From contig JAGVQM010000038.1 in NCBI GenBank assembly GCA_020051695.1, positions 46,326 through 110,325 of the forward strand: 64,000 nucleotides of DNA, written 5' to 3'. The translations under genes and the position numbers were made by a program. Each line of letters begins with the position of its first letter. The first letter of the stretch is position 1. Positions 38,164-47,066 of the stretch are shown piece after piece. Under the pieces are notes generated by a model. The model was not told where the DNA came from. It did no database searches and worked only from the letters and a program-made list of their open reading frames with translations. Source of the DNA: Candidatus Zixiibacteriota bacterium (lineage in GTDB: Bacteria; Zixibacteria; MSB-5A5; WJJR01; JAJRUJ01).

Positions 38164-39114
38164 ATGCCCTATGAATTGAAAATTGTCAGCGGCAATTCCA
38201 ACCGTCCGCTGGCCGAGAAAATCGCCGCCCATATGGGGCGAAAATTGGCCGAGTGTGAAGTCTCCCGATTTTCCGATGGGGAATTGTTTGCCCAGATCAA
38301 CGAGAACGTGCGGGGTACTGATTTATTTATCGTACAATCGACCAACGCGCCGGCCGATAACCTGATGGAATTACTGATTATCATCGATGCCGCACGGCGG
38401 GCGTCCGCCGCGCGGATTACCGCGGTGATTCCCTATTTCGGTTATGCGCGTTCCGACCGCAAGACCGAACCGCGCGTGTGTATTGCCGCTAAACTGGTGG
38501 CCAATATTATCGTGGCTGCCGGCGCCGACCGCGTGCTGACGATGGACCTGCACGCCTCGCAAATTCAGGGATTTTTCGATATCCCCGCCGACCACCTGTA
38601 TTCCTCGCTGATTTTCGACAAATATTTCCAACGGATCGGGCTGGAGTCGCCAGTCATTGTCTCGCCCGATGTCGGCTCGATCAAGATGGCCCGCGCCTTT
38701 TCCAAGACTTTGAACGGCTCGCTGGCGATTGTCGATAAACGGCGGCAGTCCCCCAACCATTCCGAAATTATGCACATTATCGGGGAAGTGGAAGGCCGGC
38801 CGGCAATTATCCGCGATGATATGGTCGACACGGCGGGCACGTTGACCGGGGCGGCATATGCGATAAAAAAAGCGGGCGCCGAGGATATTTATGCCTGTTG
38901 CACCCACGGCGTGTTTTCCGGCAAGTCACTGGAAAAAATTGAGAAGGCCCCGATTGAAAAAATGGTCGTCTCCGATACTATCGATTTGTCGGGTAAGGAG
39001 TTACCTAAGAAAATCGACGTGGTAAGCAGCTCGGAGTTATTCGCGCAGGCCATCGAGCGTATCCACGGGGAAGAGACAATTTCTGAGCTGTTTCGCGGAT
39101 TGGCGCCGGAGTGA
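38164..39114 (+). CDS. prs: ribose-phosphate pyrophosphokinase
   Basis: KIVSGNSN…DLHA.QIQGFF…VVSPDVG…DDMVDTAGT are the Prs signatures. Confidence 0.9.
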   Translation: MPYELKIVSGNSNRPLAEKIAAHMGRKLAECEVSRFSDGELFAQINENVRGTDLFIVQSTNAPADNLMELLIIIDAARRASAARITAVIPYFGYARSDRKTEPRVCIAAKLVANIIVAAGADRVLTMDLHASQIQGFFDIPADHLYSSLIFDKYFQRIGLESPVIVSPDVGSIKMARAFSKTLNGSLAIVDKRRQSPNHSEIMHIIGEVEGRPAIIRDDMVDTAGTLTGAAYAIKKAGAEDIYACCTHGVFSGKSLEKIEKAPIEKMVVSDTIDLSGKELPKKIDVVSSSELFAQAIERIHGEETISELFRGLAPE

Positions 39115-39300
39115 CAAACGCCGGCCGACAGACCGCGTAGCCATAGCGAGTAGCGGGGAAATGTGACATGACACGAGGTCCGATCCCCATTATATTGTGG
39201 TGTGGGAGAATAAGTGATATTTGGTAAATCTCCCGGGTAGGAGTAATCATCTGAAAGACCGGTTTCCGGTCGGAAGAACTTTTGTTGAGGTACAACGAAC

Positions 39301-40035
39301 ATGAAGACTGTGGAATTGGCCGCCCGGACCCGTGAATTAAAGGGGAAAGGCCCTGCCCGGCGGTGCCGCGCTGATGGTCGCATCCCCGGAGTGCTGTATG
39401 GTATTTCCATCGAACCGCAGCCGTTGACAGTGAGCACCCATGAATTTGTCAATGCCGCGCGCGGAGAGAATACCGTGCGGATGATGGTGAACCTGAAATT
39501 CGACGGCAATGGGCGCAGTGAGATGGCCCTGGTCCGCGATGTGCAAAAAGACCCGGTTACCGGCCGCATCGTGCATATCGATTTTTTGCATGTCTCCCCG
39601 GACCGCAAGTTGAAACTGACCGTGCCGCTCAAGCTGATCGGCATCCCCGAGGGCGTCAAAACCCGCGGCGGCGTGCTGCAGTGGATTATGCGGGAGTTGG
39701 AAGTTGAATGTCTGCCCGGTAATATCCCTGAAATCGTCGAGTTGAATGTCGAGGCCCTGGGTATTGGTGATACCATCCATGTCCGGGAAATCCCGATCGA
39801 AGGGGTGACCATTCTCTCCGATCTGCGACGCACAGTCGTTTCGGTGGTCCCGCCGACGGTCATCAAGGAGACTGTGACCACCACTGATGCTGCCGCCGAA
39901 GCCGCCGGTGAGGCCGAGAAGGTCGGCGAGGGTGAAGAGGGCGCAGAGAGCGCAGAGGGCAAAGAGGGCAAGGAAAAAGCCAAAGCCGACGCCACGGCGA
40001 AAAAAGAAGAGAAAAAAGACAGGAAGAAAGAATAG
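39301..40035 (+). CDS. rplY: 50S ribosomal protein L25 / general stress protein Ctc
   Basis: L25/Ctc beta-barrel N-domain plus the Ctc C-domain, with a Lys/Glu-rich tail. Confidence 0.85.
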   Translation: MKTVELAARTRELKGKGPARRCRADGRIPGVLYGISIEPQPLTVSTHEFVNAARGENTVRMMVNLKFDGNGRSEMALVRDVQKDPVTGRIVHIDFLHVSPDRKLKLTVPLKLIGIPEGVKTRGGVLQWIMRELEVECLPGNIPEIVELNVEALGIGDTIHVREIPIEGVTILSDLRRTVVSVVPPTVIKETVTTTDAAAEAAGEAEKVGEGEEGAESAEGKEGKEKAKADATAKKEEKKDRKKE

Positions 40036-40072
40036 CCGGAATACCATACCGTTCGGTTCTGGAATGGACAAG

Positions 40073-40100
40073 CCCCCGACATCTGTCGGGGGTTTTTTTT
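40073..40100 (+). terminator. Rho-independent terminator after rplY
   Basis: CCCCCGAC-atct-GTCGGGGG followed by TTTTTTTT. Confidence 0.85.
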
Positions 40101-40205
40101 ATGTGCACACTTGTGGATGGCATACGTCCTCGTACACCATCAAGAAAAAAAGCTGGTGCACCAGGAGGTACACCAGCCACAACGCTGAAACGAACAACCT
40201 GGTTA

Positions 40206-40811
40206 TTACGGGCACTGCACGCACAACGCATCCTGGCCTTTGTACACGAACTTTACCAGGAACTGCACGTCCAGCGGAGTTGTGTTGCCGTCACAATTTA
40301 CATCGCCTTTGCCCCAGGGGCAGTTTTCATAGAGATACAGCGCGTCCAGACTCTGGTACACATACTTCACCAAAAACTGCACGTCCAGCGGAGTGGTCCC
40401 GCCATCGTGGTTCACGTCACCTTTCAGACCGCAATCGCAGTCCTCGGCGCCACCGGCCCCGTACCAATACCCGATACCGGCTTCGTAATTAGTGCTGGTC
40501 GCGTACCCGATTACTGATTGCCCGACGGAGAACATCATCTGGTAATTGGTCGATGACAGATTATCCCCGCCGGCGTTGATCGACTGCCAGGGGATGGCGT
40601 ACGCCCCCGGTTCCATCGCCGCTTCCGCGGTGAATGGCGCAATCGCCTGTGGCTGGTGTACGTCCTCCCCGCTGAGGGCGGGCTCTGCAACGTGAACCGG
40701 TGTAGCCGCCTTCGCGGCTGTTTTGGTGTCAACCCGCTCACCGCTGACCATCACCGTCAATAGGAGCAAGAGCATGATCGCCAAAACACCGATTAGGACT
40801 GATCGTTTCAT
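40206..40811 (-). CDS. secreted protein with C-terminal type-I dockerin repeat pair
   Basis: Signal peptide. Two Ca-binding dockerin segments (GDVNHDGGTTPLDVQFLVKYV and GDVNCDGNTTPLDVQFLVKFV; D1-N3-D5-D12 pattern). Lies 9 bp downstream of the fibre gene. Confidence 0.65.
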   Translation of the reverse strand: MKRSVLIGVLAIMLLLLLTVMVSGERVDTKTAAKAATPVHVAEPALSGEDVHQPQAIAPFTAEAAMEPGAYAIPWQSINAGGDNLSSTNYQMMFSVGQSVIGYATSTNYEAGIGYWYGAGGAEDCDCGLKGDVNHDGGTTPLDVQFLVKYVYQSLDALYLYENCPWGKGDVNCDGNTTPLDVQFLVKFVYKGQDALCVQCP

Positions 40812-40820
40812 ATTTTTCTC

Positions 40821-42974
40821 CTATTTCCTGTCTGCCAGGAGTCTTTCCAACGCGACCTGCAGTTCGGCCAGTTTCGTTTCGAGTTGGTCGATGCGGGCGT
40901 CTTTGGTTTCGTTTTGTGTTTTCAATTCCTTAATGGCCTCGACCAGCAGCGGCGCCATGTGGCTGTAATCCACCGCGAGGTAGCCGTCGGCGTCGGGAGA
41001 AACAAGTTCCGGCACGATGTCTTGTATTTCCTGCGCCAGGAAACCGAGATGCGCCTTGTCGTCGAATTGCCGTTCCGGATATTCATCCCGGTTCCAGGTA
41101 TGCGTCACCCCGCGCAACTGCCCGACCGTAGCCAGCGCGCCGGTAATCGGGGCGATCTCGCTTTTGAACCGGGCGTCCGAGGTCTCATGCACGGTCGTGC
41201 ATTCGATGTCGCCGTTGACATCCAGCGGATAGGACGGAGAAATCGTGCCGATGCCGACAGAACCCGTGCCGTCGTCGCACAGAAAAACGTCCCCCGATCC
41301 TCTATTGATCACGAGGTTTTCGGCTGCGCCGTTATATCGCGCCATGATTTCGTTGTCATCCAGCGTGATGTTGCGTCCGGCGGCAGATCCCACGGTCACG
41401 TACCCGCCGCTGCTTAGTGTGACATCACTCCCACCCACGACATGCAGCGGGACGTTCGGACTGTTGGTGTTGATCCCCACACCGCCGGCAGCACGAATGA
41501 GAAATTGATCTGATGCCGAGGACGTGAAATCCGCATCGGTATCATCAGCCCAGACAAATGTCCCGTCGTGATTGGCCTTGGCACGTCGCCCCGCGGCCAA
41601 TGAATACTGTCCCGCTGCTGTATTAGCTCTGCCTCCGGGGACAGTCGCATAACTGGCGCTGGCCGTGTTAATGTAGCCGCCGCCAATGACTGAACAATAG
41701 CCGCTGGCCGTGTCCGCGCACCCGCCGCCGATGCTCGCATAATCGCTTAGCAGAGTACCGGTATTATTTTTTTGCCCGCCGCTGATCGTGGAAAGGGCGC
41801 CGGTCGTGGTATTATTCCATCCTCCCCCGATCGTCGATTTGGATCCGGTGGCCCGATTGAATAACCCCCCCGAGATCGTGGTGTTGTCCGATGAGGCGAC
41901 ATTATGTGAACCGCCGGCGATAGTCGCATACAATCCTGAAGCAGTGTCAAGAGAACCGCCGCTGATCGTTGCCACATCATTGGCGGCGTAATTCAAGTAA
42001 CCGCCGGCGACCACCGCCTGGTTGCCATTTGCATGATTCAGGATACCGCCGCTTACCACCGCCCCCAAATCACCGGCCACGTTTCCTGCCCCCCCCGCCA
42101 CCACAGATACCCCGCCGGATGCCGTGTTGTTATATCCTCCACTGACCACGGAGGAATCACCGGTCGCTTCGTTGTCATACCCGAGGACGTTGGCCCAAAC
42201 ACCCGATGAGGCATGGTTTTGTCCCATGGCCAACCGGCCCTTGCCGACAATATTGCCGTCGGGCAGCAGGTGGCATACCGTGTCGAGGTCGGATGTACCA
42301 AAAAGCAGTACGCCGCCTTCGCGGAACTCCACTTTGCGGGCGCCGGTGTCCTGCGTGCCTCGGGCCAGTGTGGAAGATTCATATAACGTGATTCCCGGAC
42401 CGTCCTCGTCGATAGAAATGTTAATTCTCACATCGCCATTTTGATCCGTGACAGAAATGCCGCTTGAAGAACAATACACCTGCTCTTCGTCCCCGCCCGC
42501 GCCGCGAATGACGATCTGATCGGCGCCGATGATGGTCGAATCACCGGTGGGATTGACCACGATGACACTCCCGGTGATCCCACCCCCGGCCGCCCCCGCC
42601 AACGAACCAACGCGATAGGCATACCCCACCGATACGATCTGCGCGCGGGGACTCATTTCCGGATCGGCTTCCACCTTAACGCTGAGGAATGCCTGCCCGG
42701 CAAACGCAGAATCGGGGATGGGGGATACCGCTCCCAAAAGCGTGATAAACGAGCCGTTGCCGTCGGGAGTAATGACCCTCGGCTCCGACCACAACGAATC
42801 GCCGTCCGTTTCCGCATTCCACAGGGCAAAAACCACGTTGACGGGGACGGTTACCGGCTGGCCCCCGCCGTCGACCAGCCGACCCTGATAATTAAGCATT
42901 TGCGGCACTTCAGCCATTGCCACGCCAACCAGCAACAGCGCGGCACCCACGCACAACACGAGGCGTAACGACAT
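40821..42974 (-). CDS. secreted beta-helical fibre protein with C-terminal peptidase-S74 intramolecular chaperone domain (phage tail-fibre/endosialidase-type CIMCD)
   Basis: ATG at 42974 lies 7 nt after GGAGG. Signal peptide MSLRLVLCVGAALLLVGVAMA. About 12 15-residue repeats (xxTIsGGxxNxAsGx; YadA-head/tail-fibre beta-helix like). C-terminus HETSDARFKSEIAPI…LRGVTHTWN…LGFLAQEIQDIVPELV…DGYLAVDYSHMAPLLVEAIKELK matches the Ser-Lys autoproteolytic chaperone domain. Confidence 0.8.
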   Translation of the reverse strand: MSLRLVLCVGAALLLVGVAMAEVPQMLNYQGRLVDGGGQPVTVPVNVVFALWNAETDGDSLWSEPRVITPDGNGSFITLLGAVSPIPDSAFAGQAFLSVKVEADPEMSPRAQIVSVGYAYRVGSLAGAAGGGITGSVIVVNPTGDSTIIGADQIVIRGAGGDEEQVYCSSSGISVTDQNGDVRINISIDEDGPGITLYESSTLARGTQDTGARKVEFREGGVLLFGTSDLDTVCHLLPDGNIVGKGRLAMGQNHASSGVWANVLGYDNEATGDSSVVSGGYNNTASGGVSVVAGGAGNVAGDLGAVVSGGILNHANGNQAVVAGGYLNYAANDVATISGGSLDTASGLYATIAGGSHNVASSDNTTISGGLFNRATGSKSTIGGGWNNTTTGALSTISGGQKNNTGTLLSDYASIGGGCADTASGYCSVIGGGYINTASASYATVPGGRANTAAGQYSLAAGRRAKANHDGTFVWADDTDADFTSSASDQFLIRAAGGVGINTNSPNVPLHVVGGSDVTLSSGGYVTVGSAAGRNITLDDNEIMARYNGAAENLVINRGSGDVFLCDDGTGSVGIGTISPSYPLDVNGDIECTTVHETSDARFKSEIAPITGALATVGQLRGVTHTWNRDEYPERQFDDKAHLGFLAQEIQDIVPELVSPDADGYLAVDYSHMAPLLVEAIKELKTQNETKDARIDQLETKLAELQVALERLLADRK

Positions 42975-43313
42975 GGAACGACCTCCAATAAATTTAAAGG
43001 GGATGACTTGAATACGATACATCTTCGGCCCGATTCAAAAAGCACGGGTTTGTATTTCACCGTCACCCTGAGATGAGACCGTCAGGGCAAAGCAGTACAA
43101 CAGAACATATTGTCAAAAAATACAATACTCAAAGAAGATGAATTGGGCAAGGAATTTCCGAATTATCGAGCGTAATTCGGGTAAAATATGGACTGTTGTA
43201 GTCCATTATTCAATATATTTCGTTATAATCTTTTGCGGAAGACCAAAGGGGGGGCATGACGACAATGGCCGATAGAGCGCGGCGGCAGAGGTGCATGCGG
43301 AGGGCTCTGCAGT

Positions 43314-43841
43314 CTATTGTCCTGCGGGCGGCCCCCTAAGCAAATGAACATCATCGATCCACGCGGTACCGGTCCCCTCAACCACGAGGTTGAGTTTCAC
43401 GCTGTCCGGGTTTTGTCCCTGCTGGAGAAAAAACGGCGTTTCCTCGACCGACCAATCAGTGGTGCCGCTGAGCGGGGAAAGCAGATCGCGGGAAAAAAAT
43501 TCCCCCAGTTCCGGAAAATGGCACAACATTTCCAGGTATACGCGGCCGCGGACCTCGGCGGTACGCACCCGGGCCCGGTAGACCAGCGTGGCGTCTTCCA
43601 CGTCGATATCGCTTAGGGCACAGAGTCTGATGACTATTGGTTCGACGGCAGTGATCTGCAATGATCCGTTGCCGTCGACAGATGTTTCCCGGTCAATATT
43701 GACGCTTTGGCGGGCGATGATTTCAGACAGTTCATCCAGCGGGAAATGGCGCAACTCGACAAGTTCGTCGGCAGGTTGCGCGCACCCCACCAACAGGAAT
43801 ATTGCAACAACTGCGGGCACATGCCTCCGGGTTGATTTCAT
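43314..43841 (-). CDS. lipoprotein, hypothetical
   Basis: ATG ATG at 43844/43841 after GAGGA. Lipobox FLLVGCAQ. The longer upstream ORF in the track is antisense to the kinase gene and was discarded. Confidence 0.5.
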   Translation of the reverse strand: MKSTRRHVPAVVAIFLLVGCAQPADELVELRHFPLDELSEIIARQSVNIDRETSVDGNGSLQITAVEPIVIRLCALSDIDVEDATLVYRARVRTAEVRGRVYLEMLCHFPELGEFFSRDLLSPLSGTTDWSVEETPFFLQQGQNPDSVKLNLVVEGTGTAWIDDVHLLRGPPAGQ

Positions 43842-43979
43842 CATATCCTCACGCGGACGATAGCGGGTTGTAACCACATGGCCGTTTATTTTCATTATCG
43901 GCCGGTATGGGGCCGATCTTGCAGTCAAATTCCGGGGGAATTGGCCGAAAATATAGTACAAGAGACCAAAGGCCGAAAT

Positions 43980-45650
43980 ATGCCCACGACAGACTCTGTT
44001 ATCCCCTTGCGGTTCGGGGAGTTTATTCCCGAGGAGAAGATCGGGCAGGGGGGAATTTGCGAAGTCTACCGCGCCCGTCAGCCCTCGCTGGACCGCCGGG
44101 TCGCGGTGAAAGTATTGCACCATCACCTGCTGCAAAACGCCGGCCTCCGCCGCCGTTTTGTGCAGGAGGCCAGGATTCTGGCCCGGTTGTCCCACCCGCA
44201 CATTATCCATGTGATCGATGCCGGGACCGAGGGGGAGTGGGTGTATTATGTGATGGAATATGTCGAGGGCACTGATTTCAAAAAAATCCTGCAGGAGGGG
44301 TACAAGACCATCCCCGAAAAATTGGACATCCTCATCCAGACGCTGAAAGGGCTGGAGTATGCGCATAACAACGGTGTGATCCATCGGGACCTGAAACCGG
44401 CGAACATCATGGTCGATATGGCGGGGCATGCCCGATTGGCCGATTTCGGTATCGCGCATTTGTTCGCGCAGCCCGGCGGCGCCGAGGAAACCCAGACCGG
44501 GGAATTGATGGGCACACCGGCATATATGGCGCCCGAACAGCGGACGTCCGCCAAAAACGTGGATGCCCGTTCGGACATTTATTCGATGGGCGTCATTTTG
44601 TATGAGGCGGTCACCGGCAAAAAGCCGGTCGGGCGCGTCCGCCCGCCGTCGGAACTGAACCCCGACGCGCCGAAATTCCTCGATGAAATAATCCTGACCT
44701 GTCTGGAGCAGGAACCGGAAAAGCGCCACCAGACCGCGGGGGCGTTGAAAGATTTGCTGTTGGAGACCGCGCTGCAGCCGACGGGCATTGTCGAGGTGGC
44801 CGAACCGACGTTTGCCGGAGTGGAGGATTTTATCGGTTGCTGCCGTTTCCTAGATACATTAAGCAAGGACGAAGCGTCCCAGACGTTCCTTGTGGAAAAC
44901 ACCAGTGACCACAAATTGTATGTCATTAAAAAAATCACCGGCCGGAGTATCGAACTGAGCAGTCTGCGCCGGCTGGCAGTGTTGAAACATCGCCATATTT
45001 TGAATATTCACGGCGCCGGTTCGGACCTGAAAAAAACGGTGGTGGTCACCGACTATGCCCGGGGTGGGTCACTGGCCGACCGGCTGGCCCGCCGCTGGAA
45101 TGAACCGGAGGTCACCCGTTTTTTATATGAAGCGGCGCAAGCCGTCGATTTTGCGCACAAAAACGACGTCATCCACGGCAACCTGCGTCCCTCCAATGTC
45201 CTGTTCGACGATCAAGGGAGCGTGTTGCTGGCTGATTTCGGCATCCCGCCCCTCGCGGCAAAGCGCAAGCCCTGGTGGCGGCCGCCCGAACGGAATAATT
45301 CCCGGGAGGGAGATTTGTTTGCGCTGGGCGCGCTGGCGTACCGGATGCTGTTCGGCGATCGGCCGCGCTGGTTTGCGGAAGATCACCTGCATTTTCCCAA
45401 AGTGCAGACGTTTGTTTCCCGCGATACCCGCCGGATGCTGATGCGGTTGCTGCATCAGGACGCCGCAAAGCGCTGCGCCTCGGCCGAGGAAATCCTGTTC
45501 CAATATGCGCCCCGTACAAAAGATAAGACGAGTATCCTGCCGCTGGAACAGGACGGGCGGAGATTCTCGCTGCCCGTGTGGGTCTGGTTGATAATTGCGG
45601 GGGTAGCGGCGGTTGCGGGGGCGGTGCTGGCGTTCTGGCGTGTGCTGTAA
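43980..45650 (+). CDS. tandem Ser/Thr protein kinase - pseudokinase with C-terminal TM anchor
   Basis: Domain 1 is Hanks-type: GxGxxxxV…VAVK…HRDLKPANI…DFG…APE. Domain 2 keeps VIKK and DFG but has HGNLRPSNV (catalytic Asp changed to Asn). Final hydrophobic helix LPVWVWLIIAGVAAVAGAVLAFW. Confidence 0.75.
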   Translation: MPTTDSVIPLRFGEFIPEEKIGQGGICEVYRARQPSLDRRVAVKVLHHHLLQNAGLRRRFVQEARILARLSHPHIIHVIDAGTEGEWVYYVMEYVEGTDFKKILQEGYKTIPEKLDILIQTLKGLEYAHNNGVIHRDLKPANIMVDMAGHARLADFGIAHLFAQPGGAEETQTGELMGTPAYMAPEQRTSAKNVDARSDIYSMGVILYEAVTGKKPVGRVRPPSELNPDAPKFLDEIILTCLEQEPEKRHQTAGALKDLLLETALQPTGIVEVAEPTFAGVEDFIGCCRFLDTLSKDEASQTFLVENTSDHKLYVIKKITGRSIELSSLRRLAVLKHRHILNIHGAGSDLKKTVVVTDYARGGSLADRLARRWNEPEVTRFLYEAAQAVDFAHKNDVIHGNLRPSNVLFDDQGSVLLADFGIPPLAAKRKPWWRPPERNNSREGDLFALGALAYRMLFGDRPRWFAEDHLHFPKVQTFVSRDTRRMLMRLLHQDAAKRCASAEEILFQYAPRTKDKTSILPLEQDGRRFSLPVWVWLIIAGVAAVAGAVLAFWRVL

Positions 45651-45736
45651 TCAATCCGGGCCGCATTGCGGGGCGGGCGATCCTGTCAAATCATGGCCGT
45701 TACGGCAGGCGGGTCGGCCGGGGGAGGGGGTTTCGC

Positions 45737-45764
45737 TTGACATTTCACGGGAGTTACATATAAT
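45737..45764 (+). promoter_or_regulatory. consensus sigma-70 promoter (TTGACA-N16-TATAAT) for tRNA-Glu
   Basis: Perfect -35 and -10 hexamers, about 55 nt upstream of the mature tRNA 5' end. Confidence 0.65.
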
Positions 45765-45823
45765 ACGTGGCTGTTGCCGACCTCGACTTGAGAGACGGCG
45801 ACGGGAGAGAATAAAAAATAGAC

Positions 45824-45898
45824 GTCCCCATCGTCTAGCCCGGCCTAGGACACCGCCCTTTCACGGCGGCGACACGAGTTCGAATCTCGTTGGGGACG
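45824..45898 (+). tRNA. tRNA-Glu (TTC)
   Basis: GTCCCCATCGTCTAGCCCGGCCTAGGACACCGCCCTTTCACGGCGGCGACACGAGTTCGAATCTCGTTGGGGACG, followed by a T-tract. Close to canonical bacterial tRNA-Glu. Confidence 0.9.
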
Positions 45899-46014
45899 CT
45901 TTTTTATTGTCCTTATTGCCTCACCGGCAGCAGGTGTCAATTAAAAATCCGAAGGTTGTCCCAGCCCCAGACAGTGCGGGCCGGGATTCGTGGGGGTCCC
46001 GGCCCGCGGTGGTC

Positions 46015-46662
46015 TCAGACGAGTATATCGAACAACGATTTTTGCGTGGTACTCTGGTTCAGGTATTGCAGCAGCGCATAGTTGTTGGTCTGTTCGTCCT
46101 CGTCTTCCTGCTGTTCAAGCAGCTCCAGCAAATCGGCAAACACCGTGTCCTGCGTGGCGCCGAGGCCTGTTGCGTCCGCCGTTTCGGGCGGGCCCATCCG
46201 CTCCAGGGGCGGCGGGGCCGGCCGTTCCGAGCTGTCGATTTTGCCGTCTGCGTTGGCATCCAGCCGCTCAAAGATCTCGTCGACATCCAACGACAGGCCG
46301 GTCTGTTCTACCAGTTGTTCGGACATGGCCGCCATTTCGGTCTTGTCGATCGCGCCGTCGCCGTCAGTGTCCATCTCCGAGAACGGATCGTTTCCCATCC
46401 GGCCGCCCGGCGGCGGCGGTGGGGCAGGCATCTCCGTGTCGCTGAGCAGACCGTCCGCGTCGGCATCCAACAGTGCGAAAATCTCGTCGATGCTGGACGT
46501 CTCGCCGGTTTTCTCTGCCATCCGGTCAACCATCACCTGCAATTCGGTTTTGTCGATTCCGCCGTCGCCGTTAGTATCCAACCGGGCAAAATGCTGTTGC
46601 CGCATTCGGGCCATGGCCGCGGTATCCATCCCTGTGCCGAAACCGCTGATTCCACTGATCAT
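46015..46662 (-). CDS. EF-hand calcium-binding protein (4 EF-hand loops, Pro-rich linkers), no signal peptide
   Basis: Loops DTNGDGGIDKTE, DADADGLLSDTE, DTDGDGAIDKTE, DANADGKIDSSE. Confidence 0.7.
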   Translation of the reverse strand: MISGISGFGTGMDTAAMARMRQQHFARLDTNGDGGIDKTELQVMVDRMAEKTGETSSIDEIFALLDADADGLLSDTEMPAPPPPPGGRMGNDPFSEMDTDGDGAIDKTEMAAMSEQLVEQTGLSLDVDEIFERLDANADGKIDSSERPAPPPLERMGPPETADATGLGATQDTVFADLLELLEQQEDEDEQTNNYALLQYLNQSTTQKSLFDILV

Positions 46663-46962
46663 TGTTCACCTCCTTTCATCCGATGAAATCCTCAAGCCCG
46701 ACCGAGTTCAGCTTATTGTCCATCCACTGCGCCGTGTGCCGTTGCCGACCACGGTCGGACTCTTTGTTGAATGTCATCGGCCGGCTGCGTTCGGTATAAT
46801 AAGGGTGCACCCGCAGTATTCATGATTTGTCGCACCGGTGTCACAATTGTGCAACAATTCCAGGGTACGACTATGTTGAATGAGTATGAAAAGCTGAAGC
46901 AGCCACTGATCGACCCACGACCGCGGGTGTTCCGCCAACACAACAGCGGCCGTGCAACGGCA

Positions 46963-47007
46963 GCGTCCCCAATTTCCTCTCCTCTCATTGGGGACGCTTT
47001 TATTTGT
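46963..47007 (+). other. tRNA-Glu acceptor-stem/3'-end remnant forming a terminator-like hairpin
   Basis: GCGTCCCCA-(17 nt)-TGGGGACGC-TTTTATTTGT. The 3' part matches the tRNA-Glu 3' end and trailer (TCTCgTTGGGGACGCTTTTtTATTgT). Confidence 0.5.
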
Positions 47008-47066
47008 GGGCGGTATACCGGCGGAGTACCACTTGAATTTTCCCGGAAAACCGCTATATTATGTGC

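Noticed and set aside
40068-40100. Bidirectional terminator also serving the minus-strand dockerin operon
   Set aside because: On the minus strand the hairpin is preceded, not followed, by the homopolymer run (A8 then hairpin then CUUGUCC), so it is scored only as the rplY terminator.
43842-44729. N-terminal two-thirds of the 471-aa minus-strand ORF (43314-44729)
   Set aside because: It is antisense to the Hanks kinase gene. Only the C-terminal 175 aa after the ATG ATG at 43844/43841, with its RBS and lipobox, looks real.
45613-46825. Plus-strand ORFs of 357 aa and 247 aa overlapping the EF-hand gene
   Set aside because: Ser/Arg/Pro-rich low-complexity translations antisense to a gene with four textbook EF-hand loops.
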